Origin: Saprolegnia diclina VS20
Lineage: Eukaryota
DNA: 45,897 nucleotides
Reading direction: 5' to 3'
Assembly: GCF_000281045.1 (NCBI RefSeq)
Contig: NW_008246110.1
Span: 326,918 to 372,814 of the forward strand
In this document: positions 1-9,843 of the stretch, in pieces
Position numbering within the stretch: the first letter of the stretch is position 1
Layout: the number at the start of each line of letters is the position of its first letter
Program-made: the position numbers and the translations under genes
Notes under the pieces: generated by a model
Told to the model about the DNA's origin: nothing
The model's database searches: none
The model's input: only the letters and a program-made list of their open reading frames with translations

Positions 1-706
1 TATCGCTACCGAAGCCACGATTATAATCGCACCATTTCATTATCTTGTGCAAGTTGAACATGAAACAATTTTCTGCACTCATTATAATTCTATCCGTCTT
101 TCTCTGTTATTTTCCGAAGCTTTCACAGTCGAGAATTCCTGGGAATTACGTTAAAATAGTAGGGACAGCCAAACGAGTAAACTCCCTCGTTGAACTCAAG
201 GATGATCATTATCTTGCATAAAGCAGAGCAATTTGACAATTGTTTGGCGCTTCTCTTTCCGTGGTCTCAGTAGCCATATATGTATTGGCCATTGATGCAT
301 TCCGAAAAAAGGCGCGCATCGAGGATCGAAGTGGAGACTAATTCAGCAATCACTAACGGCAACTTGATATCCAAGCAAGGCACTTTGCTGCAACCCAACC
401 CTAGAAAATGCTTCTTTCGACGGAGACGTCAAGTACTCTCCACCCCGCGGTGCCTGTCTTTTTGCACCTTTGAGCAAGCTTTATGCAAAATGCACAGAGA
501 CAACGAGACAATCCTGTCTTCATCGTCTCATACTAACGGTAGCCCAGAGGCATGGGTTAGCGTCTAGTATGAGATGTCTTTGCCATGTACACGTCCATTC
601 GATTCCCAAACACCATTTTCCTGTTTCGAGACTGAGCATTGGATTGTCTTTGCGCCCGCATTTGGACTGCGCACCATTTCATTCTTATTGCACTGATCGT
701 AGCGTC

Positions 707-1540
707 TTAGTCGTGTTTCTTGGCGGCGGCGCGCTTCTTGACAATCGCGGGAACCAGCATGGCCGACGCCAGCGCGAGGAACCCGAGGAGCGTCTGCGTA
801 TCGAAAATATCGCGCACGCTCGTGAGCTGCGCGAGCATCGAGCCGGCCTTGACCGTGACAAAGTTGTAGGGCATGAGCCCAAGGAAGGCTGCTGGCGCGA
901 AGAGGTGCATCGGAATGCACAAGTACGGACTGGCAATGTTGAGGAGCCAATTCGGCGAGAAGGGAAAGATGCGCAGGAAGAGCAGCACGAAGAAGAGGCG
1001 GTTCTCGTCCTGCGCCTGCGTGATCTTGGCCTGGAGCGTATCCAGCTTCCCAGGCAAGAGGTAGTCGGTGACGGCGACGAGGCGCTCGCGCGACCCGAGC
1101 GTCGACGACAGCAAGTAGCAGCAGCTTGCGCCACACTACGAGCACAATGAGCTCATTGCCAGTGCAGATCTACCGATGGAAGGAGGTACCATGGTCAAAA
1201 CGCACACGACGGGGAAGGCCACGTGGAGCGGCAGCAAGACGCCGGCGAGGAGGTTCAAGACGACCGAGCCCGGGATCGCGAATGTTTGCTTGATAAAGTA
1301 GACGCACGAAAAGCATGCGAGCGAGAGGTAGAACTCGTCGGCCATGGCTCGGCGCAGCGCGTCGTTGACGTCGCTCCGCTGCATGTCCTCAAAGCTGAGG
1401 CTCCAGTTGAGCGCCGAGGCCAGCTGTGGTTCTTTCGCAAGGAGGCGCGTGAACATCATGTACGTGACGCCAACGCAGGCGGCGAAGACGAGTGCAAGCT
1501 TCCACGCGCTCTGCAGGACGGGCGCCAGCGCTGGTGCCAT
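707..1540 (-). CDS. TMEM41/VTT (SNARE-associated Golgi protein) family membrane protein, 2 exons
   Basis: Exons 1540-1190 and 1135-707 joined by a 54-nt GT-AG intron (1189-1136) give a 259-aa frame. Motifs YFIKQTFAIPGS..LNLLAG, GASCCYLLS and LFLRIFPFSPNWLLN are typical of TMEM41. Confidence 0.9.
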
Positions 1541-1816
1541 GCTTGTTGAAATAGAGTCGTTTGGTCGTTGGATATTCCACGTTGTGAAAATGCGTCCGGA
1601 AAACGTTCTTATATCTACTCTTGTCTTTTAAACTACCGTTAAGAGTCCTTTTGTTTTATTTCATGCAATGATATGCGCACATTTTACACAATGTATACTG
1701 TGTGTGTTTCCTACTTTAAATCTTATAAACGTAAAACACACACTGGCGTGGGAAACTGGGGCCGGATACACCTTTTGTATCCGGACATTCCATTTGCCAA
1801 GGCCGGAAACGGAGCG

Positions 1817-2488
1817 ATGGCATCGGACGAGGAGCGCGACGTCACGTCGCCCGAGATGACGCCGGCGCAGCGCAAGCTGTTTGAGATCCGCATGAAGATC
1901 AACGCTGGTCGCAAGCAGACCAAGTCGCAGGTCGAAGAGGAACACAAGCGGTCGCAGCTACCGCCAGGTAAGGCCAAGAAGATGATGGCGGCCGAGGACG
2001 CACCCGCGAAGCGCGAGCCTGCGGACAAGGCCAAGGCGTACCTGAACGACACGGTCGTGGACGCCGAGGGCAAGTCGAAGAAGGCGTCGAAGAAAGAGAA
2101 GCAGAAGGCGGCTTTTGGCTGGGACGTCTTCAACCAGGATTCGCTCTACAATGCGTACAAGAAGCGGCTGAATACGCTGCCGCCGGCCGATGGCGCCGCA
2201 TCAGCGCCGAAAGCTGGCAGCACCAGCGACGCCATCGAACCCTACGATCCGCTCAACTATGGTCGGCAAGACAAGGTCTCGGAAGAAGGCGTCGACCGCA
2301 TGGTTGCCGAGCTCGCCGACCGCGCGGCCGCCCGCCAAAAGTTTAGCCGCCGGCGCCAGCACCGCGAAGGCGAGGACGTCGACTTTATCAACGAGCGCAA
2401 CCGCGTCTTCAACAAGAAGATCTCGCGCGCCTTCGACAAGTACACTGTCGAAATCAAGCAAAACCTCGAGCGCGGGACGGCCATCTAA
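1817..2488 (+). CDS. SYF2: Pre-mRNA splicing factor SYF2
   Basis: FGWDVFNQDSLYNAYKKR and KFSRRR..DVDFINERNRVFNKKISRAFDKYTVEIKQNLERGTA are the conserved SYF2 C-terminus. Start placed at ATG 1817. Confidence 0.95.
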   Translation: MASDEERDVTSPEMTPAQRKLFEIRMKINAGRKQTKSQVEEEHKRSQLPPGKAKKMMAAEDAPAKREPADKAKAYLNDTVVDAEGKSKKASKKEKQKAAFGWDVFNQDSLYNAYKKRLNTLPPADGAASAPKAGSTSDAIEPYDPLNYGRQDKVSEEGVDRMVAELADRAAARQKFSRRRQHREGEDVDFINERNRVFNKKISRAFDKYTVEIKQNLERGTAI

Positions 2489-2611
2489 CGCCGTCTCACC
2501 TCCGAGGTTCGACGCCGCTGTACAGCAGTACATGCACAGCAGAGATCACCCTTTATTTCACATCAATATTGAGCTTACATCGTCATCCGTCCTTCTTCTC
2601 TTGCCAGGCGG

Positions 2612-3052
2612 CTACGGCACCACCGTCGCGCCGTCGTCTTCGGTGCCATTGGTCGTGTACATGAGGATGAACTGGGTGCAGTTGCCCAGCCGGCGGTCGC
2701 AGAGCAGCGTCTTCTGAATGATCTCATACGCATCGTTGTTGTTCTCGTCGTCGATACCGTCCATGGTGGTCCCTTGCAGAGTCTTCATGAGGTCGTTCAC
2801 ATCGCCGTCGGTGGAGGAAGCAGCGCTCGTGGCTTCACCAAGACTGGCCGCAAGCCCCACAGTATCTGCCACAACCAGTGACGATGACGATACCAAAGCG
2901 TCGGCCAACTCGGGGAGGTTCTCTTCCAAGAAGGTACCGATCGGGTCCAGCGGGACGACGTCGGGGGTGGGCAAGAGACGCGCCCCACGCAGCGTGGTGG
3001 CCGCGACGACCGCTGCAACCCCCAGCGCCAACACGACGACGCGCCGCTCCAT
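2612..3052 (-). CDS. Small putative secreted acidic protein of unknown function
   Basis: 146-aa ORF with a signal-peptide-like N-terminus (MERRVVVLALGVAAVVAA), coding-like codon use and a C-terminal Cys pair. Confidence 0.6.
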   Translation of the reverse strand: MERRVVVLALGVAAVVAATTLRGARLLPTPDVVPLDPIGTFLEENLPELADALVSSSSLVVADTVGLAASLGEATSAASSTDGDVNDLMKTLQGTTMDGIDDENNNDAYEIIQKTLLCDRRLGNCTQFILMYTTNGTEDDGATVVP

Positions 3053-3114
3053 GATCTTCTAAATTGAAACCATGAGAAGCTAGAAAAGACTTAGTCGTTA
3101 TTAACTAGAAAGTG

Positions 3115-4476
3115 CTAATCTTGGAGGTGACTGTACGCTTCGATGTTGTGCCGACGCGCGTAGACGCGGGCTGCGAGAAAGCCGACTGCAACGACAGCGA
3201 CGCACAACAGCACGATCACATCGACGTGCGACGACGACGTGGTAACTGTCGGGCTCGTCGCAGCCAGTGCGTCCGAAGGTGACACTGTGATGGTTGGCGT
3301 CGTCGCTGACCCGTTCGTGTTACTGCCATTGCCATTGTCCGTGATGGTTGGCGTTGTCATTGACGCGTTCGCGTCACTGCCACTACCGCTGTCATTGCGC
3401 GACGGCCGAGGCGTGGGTCGCAACGGACGGAAGGGCAGCATCGTCGGTCGGTCCGAGGATCGATTGCTGGCGGGTGGCCACGCGATGGTCACTGCCGTCT
3501 CGTTGGGCGTGGTTTCATTCCCACGCTGCAAGGTGCAGTTCATAGGTCGTGGAAGACGAGGTATGCTCTGGTTCCAGCCACCCAGCGACTCGAGGTACAC
3601 TTGCCACACAATTTCGCCCAGCGGACGCATGGCATCGACAGGATGTCCAGTGACGTTGCGATGTTGGGTCGAGTTGGCTGTGAACAATAGACTCCATAGA
3701 CGCATGTCGTTCGAGGGCGGATGCACTCGGAAGCGCTGAATGGCCTCGGCTGCGACCGAGCCATTCGTTTGCAGCAGGTTAATGACCCGATGCAAGAGGA
3801 ACGCCATTAGGTCGTTGCGGTGCCTCGTCGCGTTGAAGAGGTACTGGAGAAAGCTGACCAAGTACGCCTCGTTGAACACCGTCCCGTTGAGCGCCAGCCG
3901 CGGCGGAGTGGTGCGTCGGCCATATGCCGAGTCATTGCGCGGCACTACGATCGTCGGGTACGGTGTCGCGCTGGCGTTCGTAGAAGCGTTCCAGCGTCGC
4001 AACACGTAAGGCTTCTTGGTCGCGTGCCCGTGTGGCGGAAACACAATCGTGTTGTCCGTCGACGACGAACTGTTGACCGTCCAGTTGAAGAGATGCTCCA
4101 AGTCAAAGTACGCACTGACATTGCCACCCCACGAGAGCCATAGCGTCCACGGTAGCGTTTCGTTCCTGTTGACAGGCGGTGAACGCCACGGCCGATCGTC
4201 GAAGTCGCCATCTTCATCTTCGTCGTCATCGTCATCGTCTTCGCTGTCGTACTGTGGGAAAAGTTGAGCGAGAAACGGGCGGTCACCGAGCCAGCTACTG
4301 TTAGCAGCAACCGTCTCGTTGAGGTCCACCGACAAAAAGCACGACGACGTGTTGCGCGTCAGAAAGGCGCATGGCGTCGACACATTGCATGCAAGCATGG
4401 TCGACGCATTCCAGCGCAAACAGACGTCGTGGGCTTGCGAGGCCGACACGAGGAGGAGACTTGGCAACACTCGCAT
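3115..4476 (-). CDS. Type I membrane glycoprotein (mucin-like stalk) of unknown function
   Basis: Signal peptide MRVLPSLLLVSASQA, small Cys-rich N-terminus, acidic run, many N-x-S/T sequons, Ser/Thr/Pro stalk, C-terminal TM helix and a short tail ending YSHLQD. Confidence 0.75.
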   Translation of the reverse strand: MRVLPSLLLVSASQAHDVCLRWNASTMLACNVSTPCAFLTRNTSSCFLSVDLNETVAANSSWLGDRPFLAQLFPQYDSEDDDDDDEDEDGDFDDRPWRSPPVNRNETLPWTLWLSWGGNVSAYFDLEHLFNWTVNSSSSTDNTIVFPPHGHATKKPYVLRRWNASTNASATPYPTIVVPRNDSAYGRRTTPPRLALNGTVFNEAYLVSFLQYLFNATRHRNDLMAFLLHRVINLLQTNGSVAAEAIQRFRVHPPSNDMRLWSLLFTANSTQHRNVTGHPVDAMRPLGEIVWQVYLESLGGWNQSIPRLPRPMNCTLQRGNETTPNETAVTIAWPPASNRSSDRPTMLPFRPLRPTPRPSRNDSGSGSDANASMTTPTITDNGNGSNTNGSATTPTITVSPSDALAATSPTVTTSSSHVDVIVLLCVAVVAVGFLAARVYARRHNIEAYSHLQD

Positions 4477-4832
4477 CCCAAGCAAATTCCGTTGTCAAGC
4501 TCGCTCTGTGTTTGCTCGGTCTTGAAACCCCAAGCACATCCATCACTCGCTCAAAATAGGACAACAGGAGGCTGGGACAAGCATTTCTTTCAGGTGGATC
4601 GTCGAACTGGAGAAGCCCGTTGGCGTGGGACAGGGCCGCCCTTGTTTCAACCGTCGATAGAGTTGCCACCGCCCAATCCGCTCAGCAAGCTCGCGTCTAC
4701 TGTGGCGTTCAACGCGTGGTTGCTGTCGAGACCACGCAGGCGGTACTCCTCGGACCTCGAGGCATCGTCGCCAATAAGAAGCGATTTCTTTGGCAACTTA
4801 GCTCAGTAGTGAGACGACATTGATGTATATTC

Positions 4833-6266
4833 CTACTGCTCGGAGAGCTGGTTGATGGAAAAGTACGCAGATCGCGTGCGGCACCGCTTCCAGAAGAAGT
4901 ACGCGGCGCCCAGTGCCACAGCCACGAGGAGCGCGATGATCGCAGCAAAGCCCGTGATGCCGCTGCTTGCGCCATTGGGTGCGCTCTTGTTGTTGGCTAC
5001 GCTGGTCGCTGCGGTCGTTACGGCTGGCTTTGTCGACGGCGGTGGCTTTGTTGTCGGGCGTACGGTCGTTGTGCGTGGCGGCGGGGTCGGCGCCAGTGTT
5101 GCCACGAAGTTCAACACGCTGCAAGTGCCAGTGAATGAGGACGTTGCGTGCGTGCACGTGTGCTCTGAAAAGTGCGCGACCGTGCCAATCGAGCCGTTGC
5201 AGGCCGCAAAGGTGTAGCCAGTGTCAACACCACCGCAGTCGTTGACGAGATAGAACGCCTCCGCCAAACCGTTTGCTGGAAGCGCCACGTATTGCGCGTT
5301 GGCCGCAAACTCGGACGCGTTGGGTGGCGAGCGAGAGATCGCGATGGTGCCGACACAGCTAAAGGCCGTGGATGGTGCCAGAGTTGTCTTGCGAACGGCG
5401 GCATGCAGCGCGCCCGTGCAATTGACTTCGGCGTACGTCTTGACCCACGCAGTGCGGTGTGGCGCGGCCTTGCGGACGCTGCAGGCGCGAGGTGGCGGCA
5501 GCACCTCGACCACTGGCGTTGAGCAGTTGGCGTCTGAAAACAGTGCTGTTGTGTTGGCGGTGCAGTCGGCCACGAGCCATGTCGAGCCATTCACGCTGGG
5601 TGCGACTCGAGTGTCGTTCGCACTGGGTGCAGGCGCGCACGTCTGGTCCAAGACGACGCTTCTTCCAAGCATGTCCTCGGCGTACAATGCGCCCGGTAGA
5701 AAGTAGCTTGCGAGCACTGCGTCGTCCAGAACGGCGAGGTCGCGGCCTTGGCACGTTGTCGGCCACGCGTTGCCAATCGAAACGTTGTAGACGGCTCGAA
5801 GTAGCGGCCCCGAACAGTTGGCGGAAGCAAATGTCAAGAGATGCGCCCGACCATGATGCACTCTGCAGGTCGTGCTGCTCGGCGTTGTGCTACTGACGTC
5901 GGTGCAGGCTGCCGTGTTGAAGGTCGTTATTGTCGCGTTCGCGCAGCTGGCGACTACGGAGCCGTTGTTGACACTGCGAATACACGTATTATCGAGCAGT
6001 GTGCTCTCCAAGGTGGGGTCGGACTGCAACGTCATGTACTGCTTGTTGGGGAAATAGTCGAGGAAGCTCGGCGCGCTCGCTAGCGTCGCCTTGCCCGTCC
6101 CGTTGCAAGCGTGGAGGAGATTGTTGGGCGCCGTCGCATTGCCAGTGAGCAAGGCTTGGAGGGAGACGAGCGAGCCCGCAGCACATGGGGCATTGGCGTA
6201 GACGACGTCGTACACCGTCGTTGTCATCTTCGTCAATGACCCACCCGCCCGTACTGAAGCCATCAT
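4833..6266 (-). CDS. Cys-rich repeat membrane protein with C-terminal TM helix
   Basis: 477-aa ORF with three internal Cys-patterned repeats, a Pro/Thr stalk, TM ITGFAAIIALLVAVALGAAYFFW and a short tail. No clear signal peptide, so the 5' end is uncertain. Confidence 0.75.
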   Translation of the reverse strand: MMASVRAGGSLTKMTTTVYDVVYANAPCAAGSLVSLQALLTGNATAPNNLLHACNGTGKATLASAPSFLDYFPNKQYMTLQSDPTLESTLLDNTCIRSVNNGSVVASCANATITTFNTAACTDVSSTTPSSTTCRVHHGRAHLLTFASANCSGPLLRAVYNVSIGNAWPTTCQGRDLAVLDDAVLASYFLPGALYAEDMLGRSVVLDQTCAPAPSANDTRVAPSVNGSTWLVADCTANTTALFSDANCSTPVVEVLPPPRACSVRKAAPHRTAWVKTYAEVNCTGALHAAVRKTTLAPSTAFSCVGTIAISRSPPNASEFAANAQYVALPANGLAEAFYLVNDCGGVDTGYTFAACNGSIGTVAHFSEHTCTHATSSFTGTCSVLNFVATLAPTPPPRTTTVRPTTKPPPSTKPAVTTAATSVANNKSAPNGASSGITGFAAIIALLVAVALGAAYFFWKRCRTRSAYFSINQLSEQ

Positions 6267-6297
6267 GGCTGACCAAGATCGGGGGGTTGACGATGTG

Positions 6298-6476
6298 ATT
6301 GGGTGATAGCAATGACGGCAAGGCCGCTTGATTGGTGCTAAAGTTAAATTGCGTCGCGTGGATTGGCTGGATGAATCGCGCGCTTGGATTGGCTAAAACT
6401 CAATGTTGCTTTCAATTGGATAAAAAGAGGAAAAAGGCCATTGGTTGAAAGGACCAGGTTGTCGGCTTGGGATTGG
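6298..6476. promoter_or_regulatory. Array of seven CCAAT boxes (ATTGG on + strand) in a divergent promoter
   Basis: ATTGG at 6298, 6331, 6362, 6388, 6415, 6440 and 6472, between divergent ATGs at 6266(-) and 6543(+). Confidence 0.65.
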
Positions 6477-6542
6477 TGGAAATCCGTTATCCGGAAATCG
6501 CATCGAGGATCGCAAGTTGCATCGTCGCTGTCTGAACGCAAG

Positions 6543-9165
6543 ATGAAGCGGTCGCAGTCGCCGTACTTGGGCGACGTCAAGCGCGTCCGGCGCGGAAGCG
6601 TCGATGGGACCTTCGAGTACGCGGGCTTCGACATGGACATGGAGAATCTCTCGGTGGACGACGCCATGGCCGACGACGACGAGGAGAACGACAACGAGGT
6701 GGCCAAGATCCTCGCCGGCCGCGACGATGGCAGCATTCTTCCGCGCATGGCCATTAGCGTCCGGTCGTTCACGCCCATTGAGCTCTCAATTGCAGAGACA
6801 GTTGGCGCGTCGCAGAGCCCCGACCGACTCACGCTCTCGCCACGCACCGAGGCTCGCATCCAGAGCCGCAGCTTCTACTTGGAGCTGCACGAAGGTACGC
6901 TGCACCGTCTGAGCCGCGCCCAGCGCCAAGCCATGCAAGCTGCGGGCCTCCTCTTCATCCCGCTCACCGCTACGAGTCCGACGATCGCGTTCACGCGCGA
7001 ATGGCTCACGCGCGGTGCCATGGCCGAGATCTACGGCCCGTACAAGCAGTACCTGAGCCGGAAGGGCTCGGTGACCGTGGAGTGGACGCGACAGCACTAC
7101 GCGGCCGAGATCAGCGTCACCAACGGCAGCAAGAACAACGTATTCATCGACAAGACACGACTGGGTACTGCTTCCTCTTGCATCACCACTATCGTCATCC
7201 AATGTTGTCGTAGCCCCGCAAGGCCAGTCGGTCCTCCTCCACGAAGAAACCATCAAAATCCTCACGACACCATACGCCCAGCGCGTCGTGCTCGGCTACA
7301 CGCTGCACGAAGGCCTTCTCGAGTCGTCGGCGCAAGGCGTGGCCCACAACCACATTGTATCACAAGCCGTATGCATACCGTCCCTTGGTCGATACATCTA
7401 CCGTAGGCAGTACTGTTTGCCCATCCGATCGCCATGTACCCGTCGTTCAGCATGACGTTAGCAGTACGCAGCACACACTCACACTCGATGTCGAAGCGTG
7501 CGTGTAGGGACTGGAATACCGGGCGATGCTTACCGAGCTCGCCAAGAACCTCCAGAGCAGCGCCAATGTACTGTACCATCTTCCTAGTTGCACGCGTGCC
7601 ATCGACTGTAGGTGTCGAAATGCCACGTCGAGAGCGACGGTACACGCCGCAGTCGAAGGCCGCCGTCTCTCAGAAGCATCGCGCGATAGGCAGCGTTGTC
7701 CTCGCGCCCCGACCGCTCGTGCAAGTGATGCTGGAGTTTGCGACGCCTATGACAGTCCAAGAACTGTGCGCGGACGGCTGCCGCGTCATGCACTTTGTGT
7801 GCCACGTCGACCACCAGTACGTCCTCTTGGAAGATGGCGTCGGGGGCGGTACGCGGGTCGCGCGGGATGAGATGCGCGGTATCCTCGCCCACTCGAGCGT
7901 CGAACTCGTGCAAGTGACCTCATACGACAAGGCGGCGTCCAGTACGTCATACGAGCGTTTGCATCAGTGTTGTTGACAGACGGCGTAGGCCACCGCTTCT
8001 TCCTACAGTGTGGCGTGCCTCACGTGATTGCCATGCATCCGTCGTCCAAGGCCGACTCGGACACGACCATGACCTTTACCAAGTGCGTACGGACCTACAA
8101 ATGCGATAGAGTAATCGCCGTCTAGGGTCCTCCATGCGTCGCTCGCGGCGGGCCGGACCATCCAAGACGCGTTTGACGCTGCACAGCACTTCATTGCACT
8201 GCTCGGCCACGTTCGATGGTGTCGCCCGCCACGATCTCATCGACCTGCGTAGGCGACGACCCGGTTCGTCTTGTACCCTGAGGACGCGTGTCATGACGTA
8301 ACCTTGTTTCCGCCATCGCCGCCCGAGCCGCTGGCACAGTCGAGCGCCGCGCGGTATGCGGCCGAGAGTCCTTCGACGCATGTGCTTGGCAGCGTCACCA
8401 AAGTAGTTCGAGATCTGTGGTGGCTGCTCATGTTCTACGGTAGCATTTTCACGGCCGCTTGGACGAAGCGCAAGTGGCAAGTCCGATACAGGACGGTATA
8501 ATGACGCTGAGACCACGGCGTAGGTCTGTCGTATGCTCATGGGGCGACGGCGGCCGCGGTGGGTGAGTATTCTTGGTCCGCGCCGTGTCGGCAAGTCGCA
8601 GTTTGTGTTGGCTGTTGCCCAGTACATTGGCCAGCGCAAGGTGTTTGGCGGCGGCATCGTGTACATCAACATCCCGCTCGAGCTGCGGTACCAGTCCCAC
8701 GACGCGATCCGCGCGTCGGTCTTGGACGTCTTTGAGATGCTCGAGCACGAACTGTACGAAGCGCCGTTGGTTCGGGTGTCACATCGCGCATTTAGGGGCA
8801 AGTGGCAGCACGTGCTTGTGATTCTCGACGGCTACGAAAGCTTCTCGCTGTCATCGCAGCTGGAGAAGGAGCTTGAGCCGCGCGTGGCCAAGCACCACAA
8901 CATTTCATTTCTCGCCACCGGCCTCGACGCGACGCACGTCCCGACATGGTCCTACACGACCGAGACACTCAAGCTACCGCCACTGGCAATACACGGCGCG
9001 CCGTCAGCGCCAGCGACCGACGACGACCTCGAAGACCTCTTGCGCGTACCAGCCATGGACTATGCGAGAACGCCACCGCCGGTACTGTGGGCGCCCGAGA
9101 CGCCGCCGCCAGCGTTGCCGACGCCCCGATCGCTTACGACCAAGCCGTCCTGCGCGATCATGTAA
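6543..9165 (+). CDS. Multi-exon FHA-like + CHAT-like + STAND/NB-ARC-like P-loop NTPase protein
   Basis: Spliced segments give NGSKNNVFIDKTRLAPQGQSVLLHEETIKIL (FHA-like; intron 7165-7213), CHAT-like VLFAHP / CRVMHFVCH..LLEDG / FLQCGVPHVIAM / LHASLAAGRTIQDAFDAA / FVLYPEDACHDVTLF, Walker A VSILGPRRVGKS and Walker B VLVILDGYE. Several internal junctions were not resolved. Confidence 0.65.
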
Positions 9166-9843
9166 TTGCACCGGTTGGCATACGAGCATCAAGCCTTGTG
9201 TGCTGTGCACGTCGCACAAGCGATGCGCGCCAGAGCGTCTTGCGAGGGCACTGACAACCTAGCACCCAAGAGCAACCTTCGCCCCGTGCAGCGACGCAGG
9301 ATGCTATCGTAACTAGAGCCGCAACAAACTTGAGTAAATTGCGTGTACAGCAACGAGCTTGGACGACGTGTATCCACACTGCTGGGTGAGCGCACACCCA
9401 GTCGAAGATGACGACCGACGACGAGAACCTTGTAAAAGTGCATCCCAGTTACGATGCGACTACATCGCTGGGTCGCTGGGTCGCTCGGCCCTCGCCGCTT
9501 GTCGCAACCGCGCAATGTACCTGCCGTGGCATCGTTGCACCCTCACCTCCGACTTGCGTACCGGTGTCAGGTCAAGGACGCGAATGGCAACGACGTGCAC
9601 TTTCCAGCGCCATCGCAAGACGTGGCAGCACCGCTCGTTTCGGATCGTGCGGCTCGCAGCGGCCTGGCCCGGCTTTGCACGGTCTTCGGGTACCGCGGTA
9701 GTAATGCCATCTGGTTTTTCAATATTTGTTGAAGTCGGTGCGTCCCTACTCCGTAAGACAACGAGGTAATGTGTGGGATAAGCGCCAAAGCCGGCGCTCG
9801 ACTACCGAGCTATATTAAAGACATAGATATACACGCGCCGCGA

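Noticed and set aside
3287..3358. Short duplicated GTGATGGTTGGCGT (TTPTIT) in the mucin-like gene
   Set aside because: Ordinary low-complexity stalk duplication.
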